From: Peribolospora baueri
Taxonomy: Eukaryota
DNA: 64,000 nucleotides
Assembly (NCBI GenBank): GCA_029717555.1
Contig: JAMDHS010000027.1
Span: 62,001 to 126,000 of the forward strand
Direction: 5' to 3'
Part shown: piece after piece, positions 63,364 to 64,000 of the stretch
How the letters are laid out: the number at the start of each line of letters is the position of its first letter
Position numbering within the stretch: position 1 is the first letter of the stretch
The notes under the pieces: generated by a model
Databases searched by the model: none
What the model saw: the letters and a program-made list of their open reading frames with translations, nothing else
Told to the model about the DNA's origin: nothing
Translations under genes and position numbers: made by a program

Positions 63364-64000
63364 ATGCCCGATCATCTCCCCCTGCCCCGCCAGCTCTCTC
63401 GTATCGTCTCCCCCTCGCCTCCTCTCTCCCACTCTCGGTCCGCCGTCGACCACCACCTTCACCCCTCAGACGCCTCCGCTTCTTCTTCCCTCTCTGCCGC
63501 CGGCCCCGCCGTTAGTGGATCTGCCGCAGGACCCTCCAGTTCCGCCTCTCATCTGCCCCCAGGCATGTCCGCTCCCGGTGCAAGCGCTTCTGCCGGCCCC
63601 GGAGATCAGAGAAGTCCGAGATACCCCGGGCCGGGAATGGCGTATCCCAGTGTGCCTTACGGTGAGCTCTCGCCCTCTTTCGTCTTCGATCATTCCACCC
63701 ATCCTTCGCCTCTGCCCCATTGCCTCTCCCGTTTCAGAGGGTTTTTTTTCTTCTTTCGTGAATGTTCGTTCAATGGTAGAGCAACGCCTAGCCGTTCACC
63801 ATGTCCGCCCGCCAGTGACTGGAGGGGGATCATGGCTGGGGCGTTCTACGGCGTGCCGGGCAGCGGACAAGCTCGTCCGACGGTATTGATTGGTCGTTGT
63901 TCATACCGACTGCCTAGACGAATACCCTCTCACACCTCTTCTTTTTCTTTTTCCTTCTCGCGCGATCCTTTGTTTACGTCACGGGATGCGACCTCGGCTC
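63364..64000 (+). CDS. Probable 5' part of a gene continuing beyond the window; first exon about 63364-63661, product unknown
   Basis: ATG at 63364 after a pyrimidine-rich leader; Ser/Pro/Ala-rich frame MPDHLPLPRQLSRIVSPSPP...MAYPSVPY followed by a G|GTGAGC donor. Divergent from NUDCD1. Confidence 0.4.
   Translation, partial: MPDHLPLPRQLSRIVSPSPPLSHSRSAVDHHLHPSDASASSSLSAAGPAVSGSAAGPSSSASHLPPGMSAPGASASAGPGDQRSPRYPGPGMAYPSVPYGELSPSFVFDHSTHPSPLPHCLSRFRGFFFFFRECSFNGRATPSRSPCPPASDWRGIMAGAFYGVPGSGQARPTVLIGRCSYRLPRRIPSHTSSFSFSFSRDPLFTSRDATSA

Overview
Intron-rich, GC-rich fungal genomic DNA, probably a basidiomycete (Ustilaginomycotina-like; taxonomy is inference). I reconstructed about 14 spliced protein-coding genes by hand from GT/GC-AG junctions and conserved motifs: DAD2 (runs off the left edge), a Set3-like PHD-SET protein, BRR2, an MFS transporter, an asparaginase-ankyrin protein, TDP1, a Dos2/BSD-family-like protein, a bHLH transcription factor, an M1 aminopeptidase (APE2-like), a 3-ketoacyl-CoA thiolase, a BTB-like protein, SUP35/eRF3, GLC8/inhibitor-2 and NUDCD1. 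The window also holds a frameshifted arylsulfotransferase pseudogene, an isolated TPR-CHAT-type repeat fragment, a CpG-depleted foreign-looking segment, and probably the first exon of a gene at the right edge. I saw no rRNA, tRNA, CRISPR array or intact transposon ORF. The most unusual signals are a probable single-nucleotide exon in the thiolase gene (G at 47693), the aminopeptidase 3' end replaced by CpG-depleted DNA, the orphan TPR-CHAT fragment, three candidate GC-AG introns, an eRF3 N-domain built from 84-bp repeats, and an inverted telomere-repeat motif in the SET3/BRR2 divergent promoter. All family assignments come from motif recognition; no database search was run.
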